Below, piece after piece: positions 24,520-35,199 of a DNA stretch of 64,000 nucleotides. Each line of letters begins with the position of its first letter. The first letter of the stretch is position 1. Both the position numbers and the translations under genes were made by a program. The stretch comes from Callorhinchus milii (taxonomy: Eukaryota). The notes beneath the pieces are model-generated. The model was not told the origin of the DNA and searched no databases. It saw only the letters and a list, made by a program, of their open reading frames with translations. The DNA lies in contig NW_024704759.1 of assembly GCF_018977255.1 (NCBI RefSeq), positions 9,672,001-9,736,000 of the forward strand, read 5' to 3'.

Positions 24520-25280
24520 CAGACCCTCAGGCTCCCTGGCGGCTCAGTGGGCAAAAGCGCTGTGTAGTGAAGTGCACAGACCTGGGAATCGTCAGGTTTC
24601 CTCCCTGGTCCGTGATGAGTGAACTGATTTCAGCAAGGACAGCGCTGGAAGTACTATGATTAGCTGCAAGTAATAATAATAATAATCCTTGCATTTTGAT
24701 ATAGCGCTTTTTACGTCGGGAGGACGTCCCAAAGTGCTTCACAGAACACACTGTAAAGTGAATTGACTGTATATTGGTGGGCGAACGCGGCAGCCAATTG
24801 CGCACAGCAATGTCCCACAAACAGTCGTAGATTGAAAATGACCAATTTATTATTGTTTTTGGTTTTGGAGGGATTATTATTAGGCTCTGTGTGGAGTAAG
24901 GAAACTTGCCCAAGGTTTCGCTCTGGAATTGAACTCAGGTCTCTCGCTTGCAAAGCGAGTGCTCTAACCACTGAGCTACAGGTCTCCACTAAGTGTCCCC
25001 GAATTAGGAAAGTGGGGTGCTTGTATTGTAGGTGGGGAAACAGCTCCTGCTCACTAACCAGACGTTCCTTCTATAAACTGCGAGCATGTGGACAGGGTGG
25101 AGGTGGAAGACAGGGTGGAGTCCAGGTGTGATACCTTTACCAAAATTGAGTAATCTGCCGAGGCGCATTGTCTTAAGCTCTCACGTGAAGAATGACCACT
25201 TGGGCGAATTAGTGGAGTGCGGCCGTGGGACTGCAGAACTACATTCCTGCATGATTCAGTGCCTTCAGGAGAGAAAACAA
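24520..25280 (+). mobile_element. UCON3-like SINE split by a young SINE insertion
   Basis: 5' half GGCTCAGTGGGCAAAAG...CCCTGGTCCGTGATGAGT (24520-24670); 3' half GCTCTCACGTGAAGAATGACCACTTGGGCGA...GCCTTCAGGAGAG (24990-25280). Confidence 0.7.
24671..24988 (-). mobile_element. Young full-length tRNA-Ala(TGC)-derived SINE, short form (SINE2-1_CM/EshSINE1-like)
   Basis: Head GGAGACCTGTAGCTCAGTGGTTAGAGCACTCGCTTTGCAAGCGAG (A box, anticodon arm), B box GAGTTCAATTCC, CCTTGGGCAAGT, Deu motif, stem-loop, (ATT)n tail. Confidence 0.92.
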
Positions 25281-26330
25281 AGTAAAGGATGGGGTCTTTA
25301 CACCCTTAGATCTTTGCGGACGTACACATGTGTGCCGGGAACAACACCAGCTCCACGCGTGCAGCAAAGGCCTGAAGCAAGTTCTGCCCAGCAGGGTACG
25401 GTGCTGAAGTGATTGACACGCCACTAGACTAGCATGCTCCTCGCCACAGGAACAATACCAGCTTTACAATACCAGTGGGAGGGAGGGTGTGACAGAGTCC
25501 AGGTGAAAATATCATTGATGCAGGTGCTGAAGCCAAGCTCCCCTTTGCTCCAACGTCCGTGAGAATGCGTTTTGTTTGGACCCGAGAAGATGTTGAGCCA
25601 CGAGCTATAAAACAGATTGTGGTAGCGGATCATCTTCTATTGAGGGGCAAAGTTAATCGCTTGTAACTGCTGCCAATAAATGGAAAGTGGATCAATATTG
25701 AGTACGTTTGGTGACATATCAAGTTTTCTGACCTTATAGACTGGAATTGAACTGCAGATCTTTTATGTTCTTTCTTCTCTCCACCCCCACTTCCTGGAAG
25801 CTTTACGAAACATGTCGCTTCTGTAAAACTACCGTTTACTCTAAATAGAGCTCAAAATATGACTCGTACCCAGGCAGAGATGGTCTGCATAATGTGAGCA
25901 ATGAACCAACTGAGTTTCAGAGATTAACTCTTTTGCCACCTCTCTTGTGGCTAATGTTACACAATTACCTTTGTTTTTCATGCATCCCACATTTATTTTG
26001 ATTTTTCCTCTTTTTATATATTGGTCTATTTACACCCAGACTAATCCTGTGGCTTAAAGATCGGGCAGATGGCCTGTTCTCTCTCTTTCCACCACTACCC
26101 CGCAACCGACCTCTACCAATGATGCTCTTGAAGTGTCTGTTCAGAGATGGGAGTGAACGAATATTCCTATGTGGTTCCCATGGAAAGCTCTGCTTTTGAA
26201 GGCATTTTACATATCTCTGGAGACAAAAAAACAGTTCTTCTTCTAGATGGATCTAAAATTGGCAGAGCTGCCTCAGTTAAAGAGCAAATGATGCTGTTAA
26301 AATGGTATCTACTTTAGCGATGAATGTGTA

Positions 26331-26544
26331 ATAATAATAATAATCCTTGCATTTGATATAGCGCTTTTCACGTCGGGAGGACGTCCCAAAGCGCTTCACT
26401 GAACCCACTGTAAAGTGAATTGACTGTATATTTGTGGGCGAACGCGGCAGCCAATGGCGCACAGCAATGTCCCACAAACAGTCGTGGATTGAAAATGACC
26501 AATTTATTATTGTTTTTGGTTTTGGAGGGATTATTATTATTATC
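26331..26544 (-). mobile_element. Headless young SINE copy with 6-bp TSD (TGTGTA)
   Basis: Near-identical to 24671-24880; TGTGTA at 26325-26330 and 26545-26550. Confidence 0.9.
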
Positions 26545-26616
26545 TGTGTAGCACTGATTTGGGCTGGGATTTTCACGTCCTTTGGTCTTGTGCTGAACCG
26601 TGCTCCTCAACCCCTG

Positions 26617-26922
26617 TGGAGTGCTGTAGTGTACCCAGGACCCAGGTTCGATTCCAGGGCAGCGCAAAACCTTAGTCAAGCTTCCTTACTCCGTATGCCT
26701 CTGTTTACCTCACAGTAAGTAGGAACCCTGTTGTTAGTCGATCAGCGGATCGCTTTCCATGGTAATAATCTCTCTAAAGAAAAAAAATGTTGGGTCACTC
26801 AATCTGTGTTCAATTGGCTACAAAATACCACAGTTGCTACACTTTACGGTCAATCCTATGAAGCACTTTCAGATGTCCTCCTGATGTGAGACACTATATC
26901 AGATGGGAGGAAGGATTATTAT
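26617..26922 (+). mobile_element. Older long-form tRNA/CORE/Deu SINE with internal deletions
   Basis: GGTTCGATTCC B box, CCTTAGTCAAGCTTCCTTACTCC-GCCTCTGTTTACCTCACAGTAAGTAGG (CORE-like), tail AAGGATTATTAT. Confidence 0.8.
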
Positions 26923-28477
26923 CAAATCAGAGCAAGTTTTTTTTTACTGAATGTGGTTTGTACCTTTTTAACAATCATCGGAGATTGTTTTTGGGAAATC
27001 TAACCTACAGGGAGCCAAAAACTACCGAATTGTGGGCTGCTTCAAAGCAAAGGACCAGTTTTGGAAGTGGGTGAGTGAAGATTAGACCCAGAACCATGTG
27101 CACTCTTCTCAGGTTCATTGACATAAACCCTAGACCACTTTTTGTTTGGTGTTTTCTCGCTGTTAAAAAGGAATGGGAGTACAGAATAGGTTTCAGGCCC
27201 CACTACCTGCTGTGGCTAGTGCGGTCAGCTCTGGGCATTGTCTCATTTTCAATGTACATATGCTCTCTGTGGAATATAATTCCTTTAATTACAGGAAATG
27301 AACACCACACGTAGTGCTGTTACATCTGCATGCCAATTGTCGTGCAGAGGTTTTGATATGGAGCCTTGTTGGTAGGGAGTGAGTGCATGCAGGTGCTCAT
27401 AATGGAGCTGGTGCTAATCCAGCCTACTCCATATGAAATAGTTCAGGCATCTGGCATATTTCTCACCCTTCAAACGCCGCTCTTCAGAACATCAATCTTT
27501 TTTTAACACAACAAAAAAAAAAGATTTTTTTTCCCCCCCTCTCTCTTTCTCTTTCGCCCTCCCTCCTCCCCCCACCCCCCCACCCACCCGAATCTAAATG
27601 CCTTAAAGCCACACAAAAAGATTCCATTCAGGAAGAGCAGTGGAGCATGTGTGCTGTGCTTGATGTCTCCCATGCAGCAGCAGTTTCTTCTTTCCCATTC
27701 TCAATCCCCCTTCACAGTTGTTGTAATGTATTATCCTCACTCACACAGAAAGTCAGCATATGTACTTTAGCCAGACCACTCCCTCCATCTCCTATAGGGT
27801 AGCTTGCGAGACCCAAGTCAAAAAAAAAAGTATTGTCTTTTTTATAGAAGAAAACAAGCCAATAACAACAGCAAGCGTGGAATCAAAAGAATTCATTGAA
27901 AGGTTTTAAAATTTCTCATATAAGAAAACACTGATCCCATTCTCTCTGATGGAGGGGTATGGTTTACAAGGAGCCTGGAATCTCTCTCCTGTTTATTTAA
28001 CCTTGGGCATAGAGGAGTTAATAACAGGTAAACTTTCAAAGGAGCTTACAGCAGATTCATGTGGTCTCACACACACACGCACCAGGGATCAATTGCTATC
28101 TGTTAGGCACGGCCTATTTTCAATCTGCTGGTTTAAAAACAATACTGAGCTTTTCACTGCTAATATAATCCGTTATTTAACACATCGGCAAATATAGAAG
28201 GACAAAAGTTTCAATGGTGTAAATTAACAAAGTATTTAAATGTTTTTGTTGAATCTAAATATTTACAAATAGCCCAACCAGTTTAAAATGTTGAGAGTTC
28301 TTTTATTTTGAGACCAAATTGTATGTCAACCTTCAAATATTGATTATTTTTTATTATTTATTGACATTTCCCCATTTTCTTTGCTTTCCCTCCAGGCATT
28401 GACTTCGGTGAGAATAACTGTTCCACAGGTGACATTAGCATATTGCCCAAGTGGTTATTCTTCATTAGGGAGTGTCT

Positions 28478-29000
28478 GCCTCAGTTGATAAAACTATCTC
28501 ATTTCTGAATCAGAAGGTTGTCAGTATGAGCCAGACATCAGGATTTTTGAAGTCACAATTCTAGACTGGCACTCCAATGCAGTGCTGGGGGTGTGCTGCA
28601 CTGTTAGAGATCCTGGCCTTCGGATGAGACGTTAAACCGAGTTCCCATCTATTCAGGTGGATATTAAAGATCCCATGCACTATTTGAAAAGAGAAGGGAG
28701 TTTCTCCTGATCAACAGTCACACAAATAAAATTGATTACTCACTTCATGGCTGTTTGTGGAACATTGTTGTGTGCCAACTGGCTGCCACGTTTGCCTATA
28801 ATAATAATAATCCTTGCATTTAATATAGCACTTTTCACGTCGGGAGGACGTCCCAAAGCACTTCACAGAACACACTGTAAAGTGAATTGACTGTATATTT
28901 GTGGGCGAACACAACAAGTAGTCACTACACTTACAGTAAATCCTGTGAAGTGCTTTGAGAGTCCCCCTGACGTGAAATGCTATATCAAGTGTAAAGATAA
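28478..29000 (+). mobile_element. Full-length old DeuSINE containing an antisense young SINE tail (28800-28911)
   Basis: Head TCAGAAGGTTG, Deu core CTTCGGATGAGACGTTAAACCGAG...AAAGATCCCATGCAC; host tail resumes at about 28912. Confidence 0.85.
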
Positions 29001-29339
29001 TGACTTACTGGACTTTTTAACTGTCCTCTCCATCAATCCACACAAACATTTGAGCATTGGATAATGGTTGGAAGCTCTCTTTTTCTCTCTTTGGGCTCGG
29101 CTCCCTCATGTTTATATTGCGTTAGCTACAATCAGCTAACTCAGCTCAAATAAGGGAACTTTTCCAGTCTGTATGGCTCAGTTCCACAATGAGCGATTAG
29201 AGCAATGCCTGATGTTCAATGGAAAATAAAACACAGAAGTACAATTGTAACAAAAAAAGTTTTGAACCTATTGGTAAGTAGCTTATCCGTGTCGTTAATC
29301 TGTGATGCACTGGTTCTTTTTATCTGTGTTTTCTTTTTC

Positions 29340-29985
29340 ATTGCCTCTCCTCAAGTGGAGACTCATGCTTGTGTACAGTTCTCTGGGTACTGCCAGTTCA
29401 TGCAGCAATCTTGCATGTGAGCCCTGGCAATGCATCTGGTCAGATCATTCAGCAACAACAACAGATTATGCTTGTACAGCGCCTTCCACGTCAGGAGGAC
29501 GTCCCAAAGCGCTGGACAGTCAGGGATCCGCACCCGAGCTGGTGGTTGGGATCAGGAGGGGTGGAGGGTGGGGAGGGTTGGGGTAGGACGGTGACTGCAG
29601 GCACGGTCGAAGAGGAGGGTTTTGAAGGAGGCAAGGGAAGGGGCGAACCCGAGGGACTGTGGGATGGAGTTCCAGAGCGTGGGGGCAGAGAGGCCTCAGC
29701 CTCTCTGTGTAGGAGCATCTCAGGCAAGCCCAATCCTGTCTTTCAGCAATGTTCACACATTGTTATTGTAGCAGGAGCTTCTGGCTAGTGATCAGCAGTA
29801 GAAACCCTGGCTAATTTCCTCTCTCCCTCCCTCCCTCCCTCCTTCCCTTAGCATTGGATATAAAAGGCAATTATAATAGCCCTGTAGCATCAGCGCAGAT
29901 CAGGGATCAACTTTCAGATCTCCTGGTCTGTATGACTCAGTAGCACATTCAAGTGGTGCATTTATCCACTGAGTCATCCTGGAAG
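29340..29985 (-). mobile_element. UCON3-like SINE interrupted by L2
   Basis: GCAGATCAGGGATCAAC...CCTGGTCTGTATGACTCAGT...TTTATCCACTGAGTCATC head on the right; 3' part left of the L2. Confidence 0.7.
29452..29695 (-). mobile_element. L2 LINE 3' end
   Basis: (AAC)n tail, stem-loop CACGTCAGGAGGACGTCCCAAAGCGCT, reverse frame encodes LWNSIPQSL; possible TCAGC TSD. Confidence 0.85.
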
Positions 29986-31499
29986 CTTTGTGATCTTCTC
30001 ACAATTTTAGTCCTGTACAAAGTACTTCTGTGGGATTCTCAGCCTTCCTTTCATCCTGCTTTCATCCTGTAAAATACTGCCTTAAACTTACGTTTCAAGC
30101 TTTCAAGATAAAAATATGACTAGAGTAAAGAAATAAAATGTGTTAAGCAGTCGACCTTGGGATTCAGTCAGGATGGAGTTAAGGCTGATGGCTCTTGACT
30201 TTAAAAATAGGAAGCTGGCTTTTAAAAAATAACCACAGGAGCATTGACTAAATGACTGCCTGAGAATATTAGAGGCGTTTTTGCACCAACGTTTTCGATT
30301 TGAAAATATACACCTCAGTTTAAGTCTTTGAGTAGTTTTCATGCGGTTCAAACCATTTCTTTAGAACCCTTGAAAACTAGAAACTTATAAAGAATGTTTA
30401 CTCTTGCATGATGTACGAGAGGCCAGCGCATAACAATATGAAAGCTAAAACAGAACTCTTCAGGCCTCAAAGGCTTTTAGAGTGGCTTAATCTATAAGTA
30501 GGTTCCATTTTGCACACATTGCTAACCTAGTGTTTGTGGTCTCATTAGCAGTTTGCTATTTAATCTAGATGCAGAACTTGTTCAATTAAATGACCGACCT
30601 TTTGTCTATTAAACTGGGGGGGCGGGGACAGGGAAAAAATCAGCTGCTTAGTGAAACAGTTATTTAATCTTGTAAATTACTATTTTACTTGAGTAAATTT
30701 ACTGCCATATCAATGTGTTTGGGGGAAAGAAACATGATTTGGCTCGAGGCTAATTTTCAGCGAGGCCCTGTGGTAAGAGTACAAAATACCAATCTAATGA
30801 AGGTAATCAGGAAGGACAGGTTTCACTGTAAATACAAACAAAGGCCTGTTCATTCCTTTTAAAGCCCTGGCACTATTGTCCTTGCTATTTATGCAGCTCA
30901 TTTAGCAGAGCACTGCCGGGGTGCGGGGGATCAAATTCACTACGACCTTTTTTAGTTATATATTTTCTTTTACATTGCATCTGCAGTCAACAGTTAGGTA
31001 TGACTTGCAATTGGGGAGTTCCTTGCGACACTTCAGCATTAATAGCAGTGTGCAGTCCTCAATGCATCTCTTTTTATAGTCCCGCTCCCTTAGTTTAAAT
31101 AGAAAAATGTTTGCAAGGCTGAATTGATAAAAACGTGGGGCAGTGTGGATCGACGAAGCCCCGGAATAAAACCCCAGTCCGTGTTGAGTTTGTTGGTCTC
31201 TGCTGTGTTGCAGGTAGAATTGGTAGAATTTCCTTCAGTGCCCCTGGGCTCTCCACTGATCCCTGCTTTTAAAAAGTGCACCAGTGTGGAGGGATCTGAA
31301 GACAAGTGTCAGTCTGGCTAAACATCAATGCCTTAATGGACAAATGTCCACATAGAAGCTAATGTGATTCTAGAAAGTAGCCTTTACCAACAGTAAAGGC
31401 TGTGTCACTCCTGAGCTAAGAGGTGATTGTGAATCATCTCCCCTTTACTGTCATCTCCACTTTCTCCTTGGCTTCACCCTGTCAAGCTCCACCATTATT

Positions 31500-31754
31500 A
31501 AGGCACTCCAAGATGGTACCCCGTATTAAAGACACTCTAATAAATGTGAATTGTTGTTGTTCAGTGCCTTGGGATGTCCTCCCGACGTGAAAGGTGCTAT
31601 ACAAATGTAATCTTGTTGTTGTTGTTGTTAAATGCTTACAAACTGCAGTAGATATTCAAACTGTGTGCTATTTGAAATAGTGCTAGTCCAGAGCCTTGGG
31701 ATGTTCTACCGATGTGAAAGGCGCTATACAAATGTAATTTTGTTGTTGTTGTTG
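31500..31754 (+). mobile_element. Cluster of three 5'-truncated L2 tails
   Basis: Three units each ending in AAATGT..(GTT)n, at about 31560, 31629 and 31754. Confidence 0.8.
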
Positions 31755-32116
31755 TTTCCTTTCACGGTTTTGGATTTTTTTCTATTTGAAAGTAGTTTAT
31801 TTTGCAAATGTTAGCATCCCCTGGCTGAAATTTCCCCTTTTCTTAATGTAAGAGCACTGATAGGAGCAATATTGCAATCCAGCTGTTGCCCCTGATGAAA
31901 TTAGCTAACTCAGCACAAATAGATCCTATAACTTTGAATCCCTTTGAGTCGTTATCCTACGTGAAAGCCTCTATGTATATGCAAGTTGTTGTATGGGTTA
32001 GTGCAAACTAGGCAGTCTCTTTGCCCATTGGTCTATGAGAGTATTCAGAGAGCCCTCATAAAGGTACGTTATGCTCTAGATGAAAGTGTATTAAAGATTA
32101 CCAGAAAAAATACTAT

Positions 32117-32237
32117 AATGGGTGTGAAATTCCTCTTGCTACTCAGTGTAACAACATTGACGATGGAGATTTTGTCCCCTTCTAAGCACACTGTCAAAGT
32201 TGCTACACTTCACAACAGAAGGAATTTCTTGACCATT
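32117..32237. mobile_element. Possible small MITE remnant
   Basis: Imperfect inverted ends AATGGGTGTGAAATTCCTCTTG / CAGAAGGAATTTCTTGACCATT. Confidence 0.3.
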
Positions 32238-32699
32238 GTGTGGATGTGTGTTGGACTGAGTGCTTTAATAGTTCATCTCCAAAGAGCACTCTCATCAGCC
32301 AGTATTCGCAAGTCGTAATTTGTGGGCTAAGTTCCGTGTTTCAGTTGCACGCTTGGAGTTGTAATTCTATTGTTTTCAGCATTTAAGTTTTGGGGGGGAA
32401 AAAAAGAACTTTACTTCTTTAACGTTTTATAAAATTGCTTTGCACAGACAATGCAAGTTTGGTTTGAGTCATGACCTTGATTCAATGAATCGCCTTCTTT
32501 AGATCTCTGTCCTCAGATACTGTATCACAAAATTGAGGCAAAGCTTACAAGAATGACTTTGTATCTTCAGTCCTATTTAGATCTAATGACTCATTGATCA
32601 TATTCTAACCCAGAACAATTTGTAGTATGAGAATCATTTTATAAAATTGCTGTTAATACCAGAACTGTACATTTTTTTATGAGAGAAGATGATTGATAC

Positions 32700-33700
32700 A
32701 TTCACACATTCGACGAGATTAAAACCTCCTTTTCTAAAATTACGATTAAATCTGAAATAAAAGCAACACGTCCCTTTTTCAAACTGTGCTTTTACTGAAT
32801 ACAAAAGAGAAGTACGGTAATTTTTGAGTGCGCGGTCGATAGAAAGCCATTACCGACTGCTTCAATATTATATCTCAGAAAATCGAACGGGAGAAAGTGG
32901 GGAGGGGAGCGGGGAAAAGGAAAAAGTCTTTTTTTAAATTCCGAAACTGAATCTTAAAATATTCTTTACAAAGCTAATCAAAGTGAGGAATTTTTCAAAA
33001 CTTTGAACGCGTGATTGATGGTAGCCTTACGAAAATCACATACTTCATTTACAAAAACAGTAACTTTCAAAAGATGAACACTATGGAAATGGTTAGTGGA
33101 TCACGCTATAATACACATTTAAATATTGGGCAACAGATGTCAAGCATGAGAAAGAAAAGGAGCTTTGCTTTTCTGTGCTGCCTTTTTTCTCCCAAGGAGC
33201 CATTTGTTTGGTTGCCATGACAAAGCTAATAAGAGTTTTATCATTTTCCCATGCTCGCTAGCATGCAAATGTGGGATTGTGAATTTTACCTGTGAAGATG
33301 AATGGATTCAGTGAGCACCAGAATACAGATCTGTCCAGTGCTGTTCAATGGCCAGAGCTGACACAAAGTATTGCTGCAGTATTTTCATTAAACAGGACTT
33401 TTTTTTTGCACAGCCTGACCAAACACAAAAAGATTGATTATGTATTTGCATGATTTCATTCCAAGCAGCACATGTGAAAGCCTTAACGCCAATGCAAACA
33501 TTGATAATTTGCTCTTTCCTAATAACTTTAAAAGTGATTCCCCCCCCCACCACCATAGCAAAAAAAAGAGAGAGACCAGTACTATTGTACACATTTGTAA
33601 GCTCTGTGAGGGCTTTCACTCACAATGCAAAGCTCCATTTACATGACCAGATGGGATTCAATTCACTCTTTGCAAAGCAGATTTGCTGTTGAAGACCCTC
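32700..33700. promoter_or_regulatory. Candidate developmental/neural enhancer block
   Basis: CpG-retaining 5' part; PBX-HOX TGATTGATGG 33012-33021; RFX-like GTTGCCATGACAA 33211-33223; octamers ATGCAAAT 33263-33270 and ATTTGCAT 33444-33451. Confidence 0.45.
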
Positions 33701-33782
33701 CAGTTTGTTGTGCTGGTTTATTTGTTACTGCTTGCAAGTTGCACAGTGTGGAGCATTGCGAAATTGCATGCCAGCGTTTATC

Positions 33783-34037
33783 ACATAGAAGTTTGGCTGA
33801 AGAAAGCACTTCGGCCCATTTGATCTCATCCTTCCAAAATGCCAGCCCTTATCACCTTCCCATTAGCGCATCAAGCTGTTTTATTAAATGAAACCAGTGA
33901 CGTAGCTTCAAACACCTGTCTTGACAATCTCTTCCACCTATCGATTACTCTTTGTGTAAAGAAATATTTCCTGGTGTCTGTTTTAAACATGCCTTTTATA
34001 ACTTTGAACCTGTCCCATCTTGTCCTGCTGTTGCGGT
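33783..34037 (-). mobile_element. CR1 LINE 3' end
   Basis: Reverse frame TRWDRFKVIKGMFKTDTRKYFFTQRVIDRWKRL (CR1 RxxFFxxRVxxxWNxL motif), then UTR AAATGGGCCGAAGTG...TTCTATGTGA. Confidence 0.85.
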
Positions 34038-34065
34038 ACATCTAAAATTATTAGCGCCAATTGTG

Positions 34066-34198
34066 TACTGTTGTGCGCAATTGGCTGCCGCGTTGCACCC
34101 ACAAATATACAGTCAATTCACTTTATAGTATATTCTGTGGAGCGAAATGTCTAGACAATGTTAAAAGCGCTATATAAAATGCAAGGATTATTATTATA
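34066..34198 (+). mobile_element. SINE 3' half
   Basis: TGTGCGCAATTGGCTGCCGCGTT...AGCGCTATATAAAATGCAAGGATTATTATT. Confidence 0.85.
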
Positions 34199-34704
34199 TC
34201 TAAAATTATTGTTCTGGGTTTATGTTTTCTATTGTACTCTGATATTTCGCAAGATCCCCTCCATAAACGTGTCAGGCTATCAGAATCGGGAAATCTCTGA
34301 GGACGATTATAAAATTCTCTTCTGCAAAGTTCCATTTAGGATCAGATAACTCGTCACAGACCAGCTATCAAGCCTCTAGTTTCATTCAGATAAGAGTATT
34401 TACCAACCAAGCCATCAGTAGAGCTCAGGGCTGCAGCTTCCAAGAAGTGATGTGAGTAATCTGTCTGAACTCAATTCATACTAATACTGTCTCTAAAATG
34501 AGAAGATTTCTGTTGATTCACCATCTATCTGGAGCAGTGCTGAATCCAGACTCAAGGCCTGATTAATATTGAGATCCAGTACCACAATTTAGTTTGGGTT
34601 TGAAACTGTCCCATCTATACTGCATGTTCATCACATATGGCACAACTTGTATGTTTTGGTGAAGGGGTGCCTCGTTGGGCAGTCTCAGCAGAAGCTCCCT
34701 TTTG

Positions 34705-34872
34705 CAGGTGTTCTTCGACCATGCCTTTGGTCATCCTCCTACCCCTCCTTGCCCTCCACGCCTCCTAATCCCAAGCCCCAGCTTGGGTAACTAAATCCCT
34801 GATTGTCCAGCAACTCAGTACATCCTCTCTACGTGGAAGGCGCTATACAAATGTAATTTGTTGTTGTTGTTG
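34705..34872 (+). mobile_element. L2 3' fragment
   Basis: CTTCGACCATGCCTTTGGTCA...GGCGCTATACAAATGTAATTT(GTT)4. Confidence 0.8.
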
Positions 34873-35129
34873 CCATGCCTGCTCAAGTCAATGGGGACAC
34901 CTTGTATATCTTTCCACTGGCTCATGGTAGTCTCTTCGCTAACGTGACAGTAAACAGTTTTTCCTAGGAGTGAGTTGTGACATAAAATTATAACCCCCTA
35001 TTGGCACATTCATACCAATGCAGCATCTTGCGACATGTACTATTTTATCCCCAGGCCATTGTTAACTAGAGGTTTACCCATTTCTCCTACCTAGTATATC
35101 ACGGTTTGTAGAGAATAATGGATTCAAGA

Positions 35130-35199
35130 CAAAAACAGAAGTCGCTGGGAACACTCAGCAGGTCAGGCAACATCTGTTTCCCTTCTTGTGTTGCTATCC
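35130..35199 (-). mobile_element. 70-bp Penelope-like micro-insertion with 15-bp TSD
   Basis: ATAATGGATTCAAGA at 35115-35129 and 35200-35214 flanks CAAAAACAGAAGTCGCTGGGAACACTCAGCAGGTCAGGCAACATCTG. Confidence 0.75.

Noticed and set aside
24629-24647. REST/NRSE-like TTCAGCAAGGACAGCGCT
   Set aside because: Left half-site lacks the CC and spacing is wrong; lies within a decayed SINE
25110-25510. Short repeated words GAGTCCAGGTG and GGAACAAYACCAGCT
   Set aside because: Only two copies each with irregular spacing; no array structure
31500-31754. Repeat-spacer-like pattern suggestive of CRISPR
   Set aside because: Eukaryotic DNA; units are L2 3' tails with microsatellites and there are no cas genes
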